Below, piece by piece: positions 46,629 to 56,204 of a DNA stretch of 64,000 bases (within the stretch, counting starts at the first letter, position 1; every line of letters begins with the position of its first letter). The notes beneath the pieces were generated by a model. It was not told the origin of the DNA. It made no database searches and saw only the letters and a list, made by a program, of their open reading frames with translations. The stretch is from positions 1 to 64,000 of the IMG/VR virus record IMGVR_UViG_3300045116_000451; one strand, written 5' to 3'. The DNA comes from a virus. The position numbers were made by a program, and so were the translations under genes.

Positions 46629-47039
46629 TCAAGCCCTCTTTTGCCACGCGAGGTACGAGAAGACGGCGGCCGCGATGGCGCCGACCGCGGTCACGCCGCC
46701 CATGATCTTGATGGGCAGCATGGACTTGTCGATGTTGGCCTGCACGGTCGGCCAACTCTGGTTGACCACGTACTGGATGAGCCCCTGCGCGCCCCCCTGA
46801 AGCAGTCCCTGCAGGTCAGAGACCGCGTCTCCCATCCCGCAGCCGCGAAGGCCGGGGGGCACATGCGAGCGCAGCTGGGACATGTAGGTGTGCGCTCCGA
46901 GGCCGTCCAGGAAGCGGGGGCCGGCGGCCGCGGGCGAGTACATGGCCTGCGGGATCGCCGGGTTGTGCGTGCCTGCCTGGAAAGCTTCGAACGCAAGGCC
47001 CGGCGTGGGCTGGACCGGCTGCTGCGGGAAGTAGCTCAT
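46629..47039 (-). CDS. Virion-like membrane protein (LDGLG, LRGCGMG, C-terminal TM)
   Basis: MSYFPQ start; TM followed by KRA. Confidence 0.65.
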   Translation of the reverse strand: MSYFPQQPVQPTPGLAFEAFQAGTHNPAIPQAMYSPAAAGPRFLDGLGAHTYMSQLRSHVPPGLRGCGMGDAVSDLQGLLQGGAQGLIQYVVNQSWPTVQANIDKSMLPIKIMGGVTAVGAIAAAVFSYLAWQKRA

Positions 47040-47665
47040 TTCTGCCTGCTCCTTCTCACCGCAGCATACGCCTCGTCGATCGCCTTGAACAGCTTCGCGT
47101 CCAGCTCCGCGCCTTCCTTGTCGCGCCCAGCTCGGTCTGGGTGGTAGCGCGCCACGAGCTTCTTGTAGGCGCGTTTCACGTCCTGGTCGTCGGCGTCTGG
47201 ATCGACCCCGAGCGTTCTGTAGGCCCACGCGAGGTCACCGTTCGACCCGGGCGAACGAACGGGAGGGCGCCATCGCTTCACGTGCTGCGCGGCCGTACGC
47301 ATGCACGGAAAGCACACGACCGTGGCGTCCATGGCGACCAGGCAGTGCCCAACGCACACGGGCATCCCGCAGAGCAGGCAACAAGCAGCGGCCTGGGCGC
47401 CGCACCACTCGTCGGGCTTTCGCTCGAACGCGCACACGTGCGGGCCATCGACCGGCAGCACCCACTTCGAAGGCGCGAAACGAGCGACGTTCGCGGCCCA
47501 GGGCAACAGGACCGTGAGAAGCAGACGCTGCGCGCTTTCGTCCAGGTACGATTCGATAGTCTGAGCGAGCGAGCCAAGCTGCGCGAGCGTGTGCAAAGAT
47601 TCAGCGGTTTTGGCGCTCGGACGGCCACCCGCCATCGCTTGCCGGAACATGTCGAGAAGAGGCAC
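47036..47665 (-). CDS. J-domain (DnaJ-like) protein with Zn finger
   Basis: AYRTLGV..VKRAYKKLVARYHPDR..FKAIDEAY; Cys cluster. Confidence 0.88.
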   Translation of the reverse strand: MPLLDMFRQAMAGGRPSAKTAESLHTLAQLGSLAQTIESYLDESAQRLLLTVLLPWAANVARFAPSKWVLPVDGPHVCAFERKPDEWCGAQAAACCLLCGMPVCVGHCLVAMDATVVCFPCMRTAAQHVKRWRPPVRSPGSNGDLAWAYRTLGVDPDADDQDVKRAYKKLVARYHPDRAGRDKEGAELDAKLFKAIDEAYAAVRRSRQK

Positions 47666-47683
47666 GCGATCGAGCTTACCACA

Positions 47684-47911
47684 TCAGGGCCTCGGCTGGG
47701 CGCGCGAAACCCATTCGCGGGGAAGGTAGCGGGCTAGGTAGATGCCCGCACCGAGCCCAAGCGCGACCGACCCCGCTGCTACGATCCAGACCGGGATGCG
47801 CCGCTGCGAGAACTCGCGCACGTCCTCGGTTCCGAGCCCGGCGAGCAGCCCCGCGGCCGCGAGAAGCTTGTCGGTCACGTGAGGGTTGGCGAGCAGGATG
47901 GACGCGCCCAC
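47684..47911 (-). CDS. Small membrane protein (LLANP, LAGLG, TM)
   Basis: WIVAAGSVALGLGAGIYL TM. Confidence 0.6.
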   Translation of the reverse strand: MGASILLANPHVTDKLLAAAGLLAGLGTEDVREFSQRRIPVWIVAAGSVALGLGAGIYLARYLPREWVSRAQPRP

Positions 47912-47917
47912 GGCAGC

Positions 47918-48820
47918 TCAGTACCTGCGTGCGCCAGCGCGCAGCGTGAACACGTCCCGCGACAGATCGACAGGAGGCTGCCCAAGACCCCGGATGCCCT
48001 TGTACGTTGCGCTGCTTGAAGCGCTCGCCGGCCGCGGCATGGGCGGCCGGAAGGCCGCGCTTGGCTGGGCGCTGTAGCGCGGCGGCGACGGAGCGCGTTG
48101 CATGGACGACATCGTGGCCGATGCGGGTGCCGGCCCGAAGGCCCCGGGGCTCGCGCTCGGCGCGGCGTAACTTGCCGAGGGCAACGTTCCGCCCCAGCGG
48201 CTGGCCGTGCTCGAGATCGCTCGCGACGCCGCGCGCCAGGCCGAACCGATGATGCCCTGGCTGCCAGCGGGCTGCACGCCCGAGGGCATCGCGGTCTGCG
48301 AAACAGGCGCTACGTAGCCGGGGCCTGCCGGCGTGACGCTACCGGGCGCGAACGGCCCCAAGCTCGCGCCGGGGGTCGTGCCCGCTGGCTTGCCAGGTCC
48401 GATCCCGCCGCCGCCTGGCAAGGGCATGGCGCCCGGCAGCGGGCCGCCGCTCGGCCATGCCCCGCCTCCGGGCTCGGGCAAGGCGCTCCAGGGCGACCCG
48501 GAGGGAAGGTACCCGCCGCCACCACCGCCATCCCCTCCGCCTCCACCTCCGCCGCCCCCTTGCTCGGCCGCGACTTCTTCGGGGGACTTTTTCGTGAGGA
48601 AGTGACAGATCAGGCCGGCGAGCAGCCCCGCGGCAGACCCCACGGCCGCTCCCTTGCCCCTCGATGGCTTGTAGGAGAGAGCGCCGATGCCTGCGCCACC
48701 AGCCAGGCCTGCGCCGAAGCACGCCAGGCTGCGCCAGTGCAAATCGAAGAAGCTCGGCTGGGCGCCGGTCGCGTCCGTGCCGAAGCCAGCCAAGGCCACG
48801 ATGCAAGAGGGACAGGTCAT
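47918..48820 (-). CDS. 2-TM Pro/Gly-rich membrane protein (LAGFG, IRGLG)
   Basis: Two hydrophobic helices, poly-G and P-rich tail. Confidence 0.65.
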   Translation of the reverse strand: MTCPSCIVALAGFGTDATGAQPSFFDLHWRSLACFGAGLAGGAGIGALSYKPSRGKGAAVGSAAGLLAGLICHFLTKKSPEEVAAEQGGGGGGGGGDGGGGGGYLPSGSPWSALPEPGGGAWPSGGPLPGAMPLPGGGGIGPGKPAGTTPGASLGPFAPGSVTPAGPGYVAPVSQTAMPSGVQPAGSQGIIGSAWRAASRAISSTASRWGGTLPSASYAAPSASPGAFGPAPASATMSSMQRAPSPPRYSAQPSAAFRPPMPRPASASSSATYKGIRGLGQPPVDLSRDVFTLRAGARRY

Positions 48821-48863
48821 GCGCTGATCCTACGAGCGAGGGGCTTTTTGCCCAAGGCGCGCG

Positions 48864-49835
48864 TCACCATCTTTCGGCGGCGCGCGGCGCGAGCAGCTTG
48901 CGGGCCGCGAGATAGCCTAGCGACAACCCGACGACGAGCATGGCGGCCTTCTCCCAGCCCTTGGCCTTGGCGAGCACTTGTTGCAGGCCGCTGCCACCAG
49001 GCGGAACGACGCCGGTCGGAGGTCCGAGCCCGGGAGGCACTACCGGGGGGCCTACTTGCGTGGTTGCCGCGACCACAAGCGGCTTGAGCGTCTTGGGGTC
49101 GAACGCCGAGCCCGTCGCGATTCCGTAGCCGCCCGTGCCGAGATACGGCGGGTTCGAAGCCCACGCGTTGTCGGGCAGTCGGTCGTGCACCTTGGCGTAC
49201 ACGTACGAGTAGCCCCATGGCAGCGCCGCGTCTGGGACGCGCCGGTATTCCCAGTACGCCTGGTTCGAGATCCAAAAAGAGAGCGCGGCCCTCTGCCAGA
49301 CGTCGGTGTCGATGTCGCCCGATGAAAAGCTTGCTTCGAGCGGCATCAGGCCGACGACGAACACCTTGGGCGTTCCGCGGCTGCCGGCGAGCGCGTTCGC
49401 GAGGTACTGCTTCCAACGCTGCACTTGCGTGGCGAAGCTTTTCTCGGTCGCGTTCGGCTGGAACACGAGATCCACGGTCCAGGTGCCTGCCCCTGCCTGC
49501 AAGCTTTCGTTCCACGAGTCGCCGAACGGAAGGGTGTAGGTGTGCGGTTCTAGGTACTTCACCACGTCGCCGTTTGGCACGTGACGAAGCGCAACGCCCT
49601 TGACTTGATAGGGTCCGGCAAGCTCGCCCGTGACGGCGAACGTAGCGCCGACCTTTTTCGCAAGGTCAACGAGCAGGTGCGCGGGAGGGACGTCGAGTTC
49701 CCAGTCGTGCAGGACGACGCGAAGAACGTGATCGATGCCCCCCTCGAACGTTGCGCTCGGGGCCGCCAGCGACCAGCCTGCGAGCAGGAAGTTGTCGTAG
49801 CTGCGAAGGGCCTGGTAAAGCTCGGTGTCTGACAT
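48864..49835 (-). CDS. Putative virion protein with C-terminal TM
   Basis: Globular N-terminal part, P-rich linker, TM and basic end. Confidence 0.65.
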   Translation of the reverse strand: MSDTELYQALRSYDNFLLAGWSLAAPSATFEGGIDHVLRVVLHDWELDVPPAHLLVDLAKKVGATFAVTGELAGPYQVKGVALRHVPNGDVVKYLEPHTYTLPFGDSWNESLQAGAGTWTVDLVFQPNATEKSFATQVQRWKQYLANALAGSRGTPKVFVVGLMPLEASFSSGDIDTDVWQRAALSFWISNQAYWEYRRVPDAALPWGYSYVYAKVHDRLPDNAWASNPPYLGTGGYGIATGSAFDPKTLKPLVVAATTQVGPPVVPPGLGPPTGVVPPGGSGLQQVLAKAKGWEKAAMLVVGLSLGYLAARKLLAPRAAERW

Positions 49836-49933
49836 GCGGAACCCCGGGTTCGAGATCGGCCAGGGTGCGCTCGGGCTTGTTGTTTGCCGTCGCGACCGCG
49901 TGCGATCCTACGCCGGGGTTCCGAGATCGACCA

Positions 49934-50728
49934 CTACCGCAGGCTCTCGCTCAGGTCACGCTCGATCTGCTTGAGCAGCATGGCCGGGCACTTGTAGCCC
50001 ATCACCTCGCCCTGGATGAAGGCGACCGGGCTTTCGATCTGCCGGTACACGACGCCCGTCATGGTGAAGATGACGTCCTCGTAGACGTACTCGGTGAAGG
50101 GAGCATCGGGGGCGCCGTAGCGGCGCGGCGTCTGAGGCATGACGCTGGAGCCGTATCCCGCGGCGGAAGCGTACTGCGTGGCCGCCGCGATGATGAAGTC
50201 GGCCGCGGTCTGCTGGCGGATGGGCACGATGGGCCCGCGGCTCATCTGGCTGGACTGCGTGCGCAGCGTGCTTGGGATCGGGTCGAGCCGGTAGCGCAGG
50301 TTGCCCGGGTTCTGGTTGTTCATGCGCACGACGTAGCCGAGCGAGCCCGACAAGCGGCCCTCATCGAGCGGCACGAAGTCGAACGCGTTCACGCCGCTGA
50401 AGCGATACGGCTGGATGCGGTAGTCCAGGAGAATGATGGCCTGCCCGACGTCGGCCTTTACGGCTCCGATCTCGAAGCTCGTCGGGCTGGTCGGCGATCG
50501 TGCCGGGTCGAACCACGCCTCGTTCGGCTCGACCCGGAAAAGCTCGTGGTAGGGCTTGGTCTCGGGGTTGCGGGCGATCTTCGCCATGATGGCGCCCGCT
50601 TCCGAGACCACGGACGAGGCGCCGGTGCCTGGTTGGCCGGACCAAGGCGGCGGAATGGGAGCGCTCGGATCGAGCGGGCACCCCTCTCGGTTCAGGGGCC
50701 CCGTGTGCAACGGAAAAGGCTTCGGCAC
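49934..50728 (-). CDS. Soluble beta-rich structural candidate (minor capsid/vertex)
   Basis: GGAGG RBS, GTG start; no TM; alternating beta patterns. Confidence 0.45.
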   Translation of the reverse strand: MPKPFPLHTGPLNREGCPLDPSAPIPPPWSGQPGTGASSVVSEAGAIMAKIARNPETKPYHELFRVEPNEAWFDPARSPTSPTSFEIGAVKADVGQAIILLDYRIQPYRFSGVNAFDFVPLDEGRLSGSLGYVVRMNNQNPGNLRYRLDPIPSTLRTQSSQMSRGPIVPIRQQTAADFIIAAATQYASAAGYGSSVMPQTPRRYGAPDAPFTEYVYEDVIFTMTGVVYRQIESPVAFIQGEVMGYKCPAMLLKQIERDLSESLR

Positions 50729-50747
50729 GGCGACCTCCTAGAGCCCG

Positions 50748-51731
50748 TCAAATCATGCGCACGCCAGCCGGCTGCAGGATTCGGAACCCGAGCAGACCGA
50801 CGATGACCACGCCGTCGGGCTTGCGAATGATGGTGTCCTGCACGCCCTCGTCGCATTCCCATTGCGAGTAGCCGATGCCTTCGTGGCCGTCGTACTGGCC
50901 CGCGAGGTAGGGCATCGAGCCCACGATCGCCTGGATGTTGCCGGCGATGGGATTGTTGATGTGCATGGGCTCCAGTTCCAACTCGATCGTTTCGCCCTTC
51001 TCCCAGTAGTCGAGAACTGGCAGCGTGAGCATCTGCTCCATGCCGGGGGCCCACAGGCTCGACGGGACTTTGTCGGACTGGCGAGGGTAAACCGCGCCCT
51101 TGAGCGAGATCCAGCCGTCCCACTCCATCGTACGGAACGGAGATTGGTTGGTCGCGCGGTGCGGCACGGCGCCAAGGGGCGTCGTTTGCGGCGGCACGCA
51201 CCCCTCGTTGCCCAGGTTCCAGCTCCAATCCCATCCGTTCATGGCGTCCATGAAGTCGAGCACGCTCGAGATGGGACGCTGCCTGCCCCAGGAGCGCCCT
51301 TCGAAACGCTGTACGTTCTGGCCGTCGGTCACTTCGAACCCGTACAGGGACACGAACGTCGCGTAGCGCGCAACGGCGACGAAAGGCCCGTCCTGCGAGA
51401 TCGTGAAGCTGCCCGAGACGCCCGTTTGAAGGTTCGCGGGCACGGCGATCTGAATGGGGATGTCGAACGGGATCCTGCGGCCCGGGATGTCCTCGATGGC
51501 GAGCATGTCGGGCGTTCCGAGAAGGGTCCCTCCGCCCTTGGAGCCTCGGACCTTCATGCCTTCGAGCATGCCGCCCATGCGCTGGATGGCGGCGGCGTGC
51601 GCGGCGTGCGAGCGGCGAAGCTCGTCGTGAGCGGCGCCGAGCCTGCGGCTCGCCTCGACCGCTTCTCGGGCGGCGCGATTCGCGCCGTCCGTCATCTGCT
51701 GGATACGTGCCCAGATTTGGTTGATGTCCAT
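50748..51731 (-). CDS. Coiled-coil plus beta-sandwich structural candidate (second capsid protein?)
   Basis: AAGGAG RBS; beta-rich C-terminal domain ending VVIVGLLGFRIL. Confidence 0.45.
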   Translation of the reverse strand: MDINQIWARIQQMTDGANRAAREAVEASRRLGAAHDELRRSHAAHAAAIQRMGGMLEGMKVRGSKGGGTLLGTPDMLAIEDIPGRRIPFDIPIQIAVPANLQTGVSGSFTISQDGPFVAVARYATFVSLYGFEVTDGQNVQRFEGRSWGRQRPISSVLDFMDAMNGWDWSWNLGNEGCVPPQTTPLGAVPHRATNQSPFRTMEWDGWISLKGAVYPRQSDKVPSSLWAPGMEQMLTLPVLDYWEKGETIELELEPMHINNPIAGNIQAIVGSMPYLAGQYDGHEGIGYSQWECDEGVQDTIIRKPDGVVIVGLLGFRILQPAGVRMI

Positions 51732-51833
51732 CTGTCGCTCCTTGCGCCTTCGAGCGCGGAGTCACCGGCCCCCGGGATCTCCGAGGGCCGGCGCGATCAG
51801 GGATGCGAAGCGGGCCCGGCGGCCCGCCCCGGG

Positions 51834-52601
51834 CTACTGCACGTCGCGGCTCAGCAGGCCGTCGATCGTCATCGACACGACCTTGGTGATCGCGTCGACG
51901 GCGTTCAGGTTGCTGATGGGGTCGCGCATGTTGCGGTTCTGGTTGGTCGCGGTGCCGAAGACGGTCGCGTTGCCGCCGTCCGGGTACGCGACGCCCTGGA
52001 CGCTCACCTTGATGAACTGGCGAGGCGTGATCGTGATGGCGCGCGCGATGCGCAGGATCGCCGCGTGCGTCGAGTCACCGTTCTGCCAGTGGATGAGGTC
52101 GGTCGGGCCACCGTTGTCGCCGCTCAGGCCGCCGCCGTACGGGAAGTACATCGTCGGCATCGACTTGAGCGAGTCCTTCTCGCCGGCTCCGAGCGTCCAG
52201 AACAGGCCCTCGGCGCACTGCGAGTGCAGGCGGTAGACGTCGTAGAGGTCGCCCGGCGCGTTGCCGATGGCGACACCGCCCGGACCGTTCGGCCACACGA
52301 TGGCGTCGCCCGGCGTGACGTGGCCCCAGTCGCCGTTGACGGCGACAGGGCCCGCGGGATCCAGCACGCGCTGGATCGGCGCGCGGAACCAGAGCATGAC
52401 CCGCGCGGCCAGGATGATCATGCTCGAGTCGTTCGGCAGGATCGCGCTGGTCTTGAGGTTGGTGAAGCCCTCGTCGCGGCCCTGCAGGATGAACAGGTCC
52501 GTCTGGGGGTTGAGCCCGCCGGGGCTGATGCCGAACGTCCTGATGAGGGCGTCTCGGTACGGCTGGTGGACTCGCTCGCGCACATTCAGAATCTTTGCCA
52601 T
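51834..52601 (-). CDS. Candidate major capsid protein (jelly-roll-like, 255 aa)
   Basis: No TM, beta-rich, strong GC3 bias, GGAG RBS; directly follows the core-like gene and is followed by a hairpin. Confidence 0.45.
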   Translation of the reverse strand: MAKILNVRERVHQPYRDALIRTFGISPGGLNPQTDLFILQGRDEGFTNLKTSAILPNDSSMIILAARVMLWFRAPIQRVLDPAGPVAVNGDWGHVTPGDAIVWPNGPGGVAIGNAPGDLYDVYRLHSQCAEGLFWTLGAGEKDSLKSMPTMYFPYGGGLSGDNGGPTDLIHWQNGDSTHAAILRIARAITITPRQFIKVSVQGVAYPDGGNATVFGTATNQNRNMRDPISNLNAVDAITKVVSMTIDGLLSRDVQ

Positions 52602-52720
52602 GGTGGTTTCTCCGTTGCCCGGGTATTCACCCGGTTGCTTGCCGGCCGGTGCTGTTGTTCACGCGGCCAAGTTCCGCGAGCCGGCCGGCGTTGTTCCTTT
52701 TTTCCTCGTGGTCCCCGGCA

Positions 52721-55384
52721 TCAGCCGAAGACGCCGTTCGAGCCTCCGACGTCGAAGATCCCCGTGTCCGGCGCGATCTCCTGCCCACCGACGACGCTCA
52801 TCTGCGTGGTCGGCACGTAGTCGGAGCGCGTTCCGGGCCCGCCGCCCGTCAGCATGCCGGGCCCGGCGCCCAGGCCCGCTGCGGCCTCCATCACACCGAA
52901 TTCGGCGTCCAGGTTCCCGTCCGGGCGCACGCCGTCGTTGATGTAGCCGAACCCATCCGCTGAGCCCGAGAAGCTCGGCAGCACCTCGTAGTCGCCGTAG
53001 CCCTCGACCTGCAGGCCCGAGGCGACGTACTCGCCGAAGTCACTGACGGGCGCGAGCGAGCCGTCCGAAACGTACTCGCCGGTGCCGGTCACGTACTCGC
53101 CGAAGCCGGCGTTTGCCTGGTAGAACTGGCCCATGCCGGCGGCAGCCTGCACGAAGCGCGGGTCACCGAAGCCGGCGTTCGCCTGGTAGACGGGCTGCCC
53201 GAAGCCGCCCATCACGTAGCGCGAGCGCTGGCCCTGGCCCGGGATGCCCGAGAACCCGGGGATGGTGTAGCCCACGGCGTTCAGAATGCCCTGGATGACG
53301 CCCGTCGCCATGGCGACGAAGCTGCCGACGCTCACGGCCTGTGCGTAGTGGCTCTTGCTCGGGTCGGTGAGGAACCACTTGCCCGAGGCGTACATGCCGA
53401 TGCCACCGGCGACGACCTTGGAGGCGGGGCCGACGAACTTCGCGACGCCCGGCCCGAGGTAGCCGCCGAGGATGCTGAACAGGCCCGAGAGCAGGTTGAT
53501 GCCGATGAACCCGCCGATGCCGGTGAGGCCGGCCTTGATGGCATCGCCCCAGCTCGGGTACGCGAGGTTCTCCATGTAGAAGCCCGGGTTCTTGCGGAAC
53601 TTCTTGCCCATGCGCTTGTACATCTTCGACGCCTTCTTGACGCCGTAGCGCTTGACCAGGGCCTTCCACGTGCGCTTGCCGAAGCGCTTCTTCGCTTTCT
53701 TGCCGTACTTGCGCTTCTTGCTCGTGGACCGGCGCTTCTTGCTCTTGCCGCGCTTCTTTCCCTTGCTGCGCTTCTTGCCGCCGATCGCCCAGTAGTCGGG
53801 CTTGCGGAACGCGCTCTTGGTGCGCGCCTTCTTGAGGTACTTGCGGAAGCGCTTGGAGCCCATCATGGCCCGCACCCACGCGTCGAAGTCCTCGTACTCG
53901 GGGAACTGGCGCTGGGCGTGCCCCTCGGCCATGGCTTCCATCGCGAGGGCGAGCTGCTGGGGCGTCACGCCCATGTCGCGCGCGGCCTGCACGGCGGCGT
54001 ACGTGAACTTCGGGGGCTTGGGCATCTTCGGGGGCTTGATGCGCCTGCCGACCCAGGGAGGAAGGAAGCCGGGCCCCCAGTCGAGGCGCTGAGCCCAGGC
54101 ATACGGATCGAGGCGCTGGCCGCCGATGCCGGGCCGGAACGGGTAGCCGGTGCCTGCGCGCGTCTGCATGCGCGTGATGACGAGCAGGCGGCTTCGCGCA
54201 AGCGCCTTCTGCGACGCCGTCGCGCCCGGATGTGCGAGCACGGCCTGGAGCAGGCTTTCGGCGTAGCGGAAGTTGCGAGACCGAAGAGCCGTCAGGGCGC
54301 GCGCCAGCATGCCGGCCGGATCGCCGTGCCCGGCTGCAGCGCCGTACTGGTTGGGAGCGAACGGGCTGTTCTTGATGGTGACGTTGAGCGCGCCCCGTCC
54401 GCCCACGGCGTGCACACGACGAGCGCGCAGCGCGCCCTTGCGCGCGTAGCCCTTGCGCCCACGCTTGGCCTTGCGGCTGCGCTTGGCCTTGCGGCCGTAG
54501 CCCTTGCGGCCGCGCTTTCCCTTGCGCGCGTAGCCTTTGCGCCCGAAGCCGCGCTTGGCGTACGCGCCCTTGCGGCCCTTCTTGCGTCGGCGCTTGCCCT
54601 TGCCGCGACGCTTGCCCATGTTCTCCTCGAACTCGAAGCTCGAAGAGCTGGACGAGCTGCTGTCGTCGTTCGCTTCGAACTCGTCCGCGTTGCGGCGGAA
54701 GGCTCGCACCTTGCCCCTGTACGGACGCAGGGTGAAGCTTTTTGAGATCAAGCCGGGAAGCCCATGGCGTCCCTTGCCCTTGCGGCCTCGCTTGCCCTTG
54801 CCGCGCTTGCGGCCCTTCTTGCGATTCTCTTCCATGACGATCATTGGATCCTCCGTCCAGGGTGGGCCGGCGCCCGGGCCGGCGGGGTTGTTGAGCGCGG
54901 TCTGGACGCCGTACTTCTTGGCGGCGGCGCGGATCCGGCGCTTGATCTTCGAGCGCACTGCCGGCGTGTAGCTCGGGCAGTGCTTGCCGCAGTAGCTGGC
55001 GGCGGCGCGCACGAACGATTGGCTCTGGGCCTTGGTTTTTCCGTGGATCGGGTACGCGTAGCATTCCGGCAGGGCGTAGTGCTTTCTTTCTGTGGCACCG
55101 CGGCGGCGGTGTTTTGCTGGAGGTGACGAATGGCAGGTGACCCCGCCGACCTTCTTGGCGTTCGTGAGGAAGCGCCCCTTGTCGTCTCTGGGCTGCGCCC
55201 GCGGACGCCGCCGATTCCCCGGGTTCGAGATGCCCATGAGGGTGGTGACGCCGGCAGGGTTCGGGTTCAGGCGCAAGGGATGGCCCTTGGGTACGCCGTA
55301 CCCCTTGGCGATCTTGCTGCTCACCTCGAAGACCTCGCCGGTCGCCACGCGCATGCCTCTGCCGCATTCGCGGGAAGCCGCCAC
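52721..55384 (-). CDS. Protamine-like basic membrane core (poly)protein
   Basis: K/R/G repeats, DUF6582-like YALP..YPIH..RIRAAAKKYGV segment, multi-TM region, acidic GFG(E/Q)Y repeats. Confidence 0.7.
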   Translation of the reverse strand: MAASRECGRGMRVATGEVFEVSSKIAKGYGVPKGHPLRLNPNPAGVTTLMGISNPGNRRRPRAQPRDDKGRFLTNAKKVGGVTCHSSPPAKHRRRGATERKHYALPECYAYPIHGKTKAQSQSFVRAAASYCGKHCPSYTPAVRSKIKRRIRAAAKKYGVQTALNNPAGPGAGPPWTEDPMIVMEENRKKGRKRGKGKRGRKGKGRHGLPGLISKSFTLRPYRGKVRAFRRNADEFEANDDSSSSSSSSFEFEENMGKRRGKGKRRRKKGRKGAYAKRGFGRKGYARKGKRGRKGYGRKAKRSRKAKRGRKGYARKGALRARRVHAVGGRGALNVTIKNSPFAPNQYGAAAGHGDPAGMLARALTALRSRNFRYAESLLQAVLAHPGATASQKALARSRLLVITRMQTRAGTGYPFRPGIGGQRLDPYAWAQRLDWGPGFLPPWVGRRIKPPKMPKPPKFTYAAVQAARDMGVTPQQLALAMEAMAEGHAQRQFPEYEDFDAWVRAMMGSKRFRKYLKKARTKSAFRKPDYWAIGGKKRSKGKKRGKSKKRRSTSKKRKYGKKAKKRFGKRTWKALVKRYGVKKASKMYKRMGKKFRKNPGFYMENLAYPSWGDAIKAGLTGIGGFIGINLLSGLFSILGGYLGPGVAKFVGPASKVVAGGIGMYASGKWFLTDPSKSHYAQAVSVGSFVAMATGVIQGILNAVGYTIPGFSGIPGQGQRSRYVMGGFGQPVYQANAGFGDPRFVQAAAGMGQFYQANAGFGEYVTGTGEYVSDGSLAPVSDFGEYVASGLQVEGYGDYEVLPSFSGSADGFGYINDGVRPDGNLDAEFGVMEAAAGLGAGPGMLTGGGPGTRSDYVPTTQMSVVGGQEIAPDTGIFDVGGSNGVFG

Positions 55385-55417
55385 CCTGGCGAAACGGATC
55401 TCCGCTACCTGCGTGCC

Positions 55418-55446
55418 GTTCTACCGGCGCGGACACGATCTGTCAA
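55418..55446 (-). promoter_or_regulatory. Promoter for the core/capsid operon
   Basis: TTGACA(55446-55441)-17-TAGAAC. Confidence 0.4.
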
Positions 55447-55457
55447 GCGCGGCGCCG

Positions 55458-56204
55458 TCAGTCGAACCCGTGCAGCGACTGCAGCAGTACGCCGACGAAA
55501 GCGTCCGCCCATTCGACGGCGAACGGTCGGGAGCCAGCAGGGCGGCCGGCAGCGCCCGCGAGCGACCTCAGCTTGGAAGCCACTTCGACCGAGGGCCAGG
55601 CGGTCTCGGGGTCGCTCATGTGCACGGGCACTTCAGCGCGTCCGAGTAGAGCTTGCAGAGCGAGCGCGAGACGCTTGGTGTAGACCTCGGCTGTGATCGC
55701 GGATTGTTCGGGTTGCATCGCCCAGGCTTTGCCGAGCGTCACCGGATCGCCCGCGACCGTGTGACCGAACCCTGCCCACCAAAAGCCTCGGAGAACACCC
55801 GGTTCGGTTTTCGCGTTTGGTTTGGTGCGTTCGAATTCGTAGCCCCGCTTCGAATGCGCCACGCGCATGAGATGTTCGCTCGCCGGATGGCGAAACTCGA
55901 CGAGCGCTGCTCCTTCGACAAGCTTGTCGATTCGATCCCTGAGAACAGCGATTGTGTCGGCACTAGGCCACTCGCTTTTTGCCTGTTTGGACCAAACGTG
56001 CACGTGCTCGTCACCGAGGAGTGCGGTCAAGGCCAACTTCAAGTTGTCAGCCATGATGCCGGCAGCTTTACGCGCATGCGTCCGATCAATCGACCAGGCG
56101 GTGCCTATTTTGATTTCGTCGCGCCACAGCAATCCAGGATCACTGTAAAAGGTGTGGCCGAAGTCGGACGACCACAGTATCGTCAACGGGTCGGATTGTT
56201 TCAT
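55458..56204 (-). CDS. Protein with internal domain duplication
   Basis: FGHT..DP..G.AW..L.LAL.ALLG..WPS..LR occurs twice. Confidence 0.65.
   Translation of the reverse strand: MKQSDPLTILWSSDFGHTFYSDPGLLWRDEIKIGTAWSIDRTHARKAAGIMADNLKLALTALLGDEHVHVWSKQAKSEWPSADTIAVLRDRIDKLVEGAALVEFRHPASEHLMRVAHSKRGYEFERTKPNAKTEPGVLRGFWWAGFGHTVAGDPVTLGKAWAMQPEQSAITAEVYTKRLALALQALLGRAEVPVHMSDPETAWPSVEVASKLRSLAGAAGRPAGSRPFAVEWADAFVGVLLQSLHGFD

Noticed and set aside
53163-55436. 757-aa alternative-frame ORF with QG/QA repeats
   Set aside because: Frame-shifted shadow of the K/R-rich core gene, caused by GC3 bias
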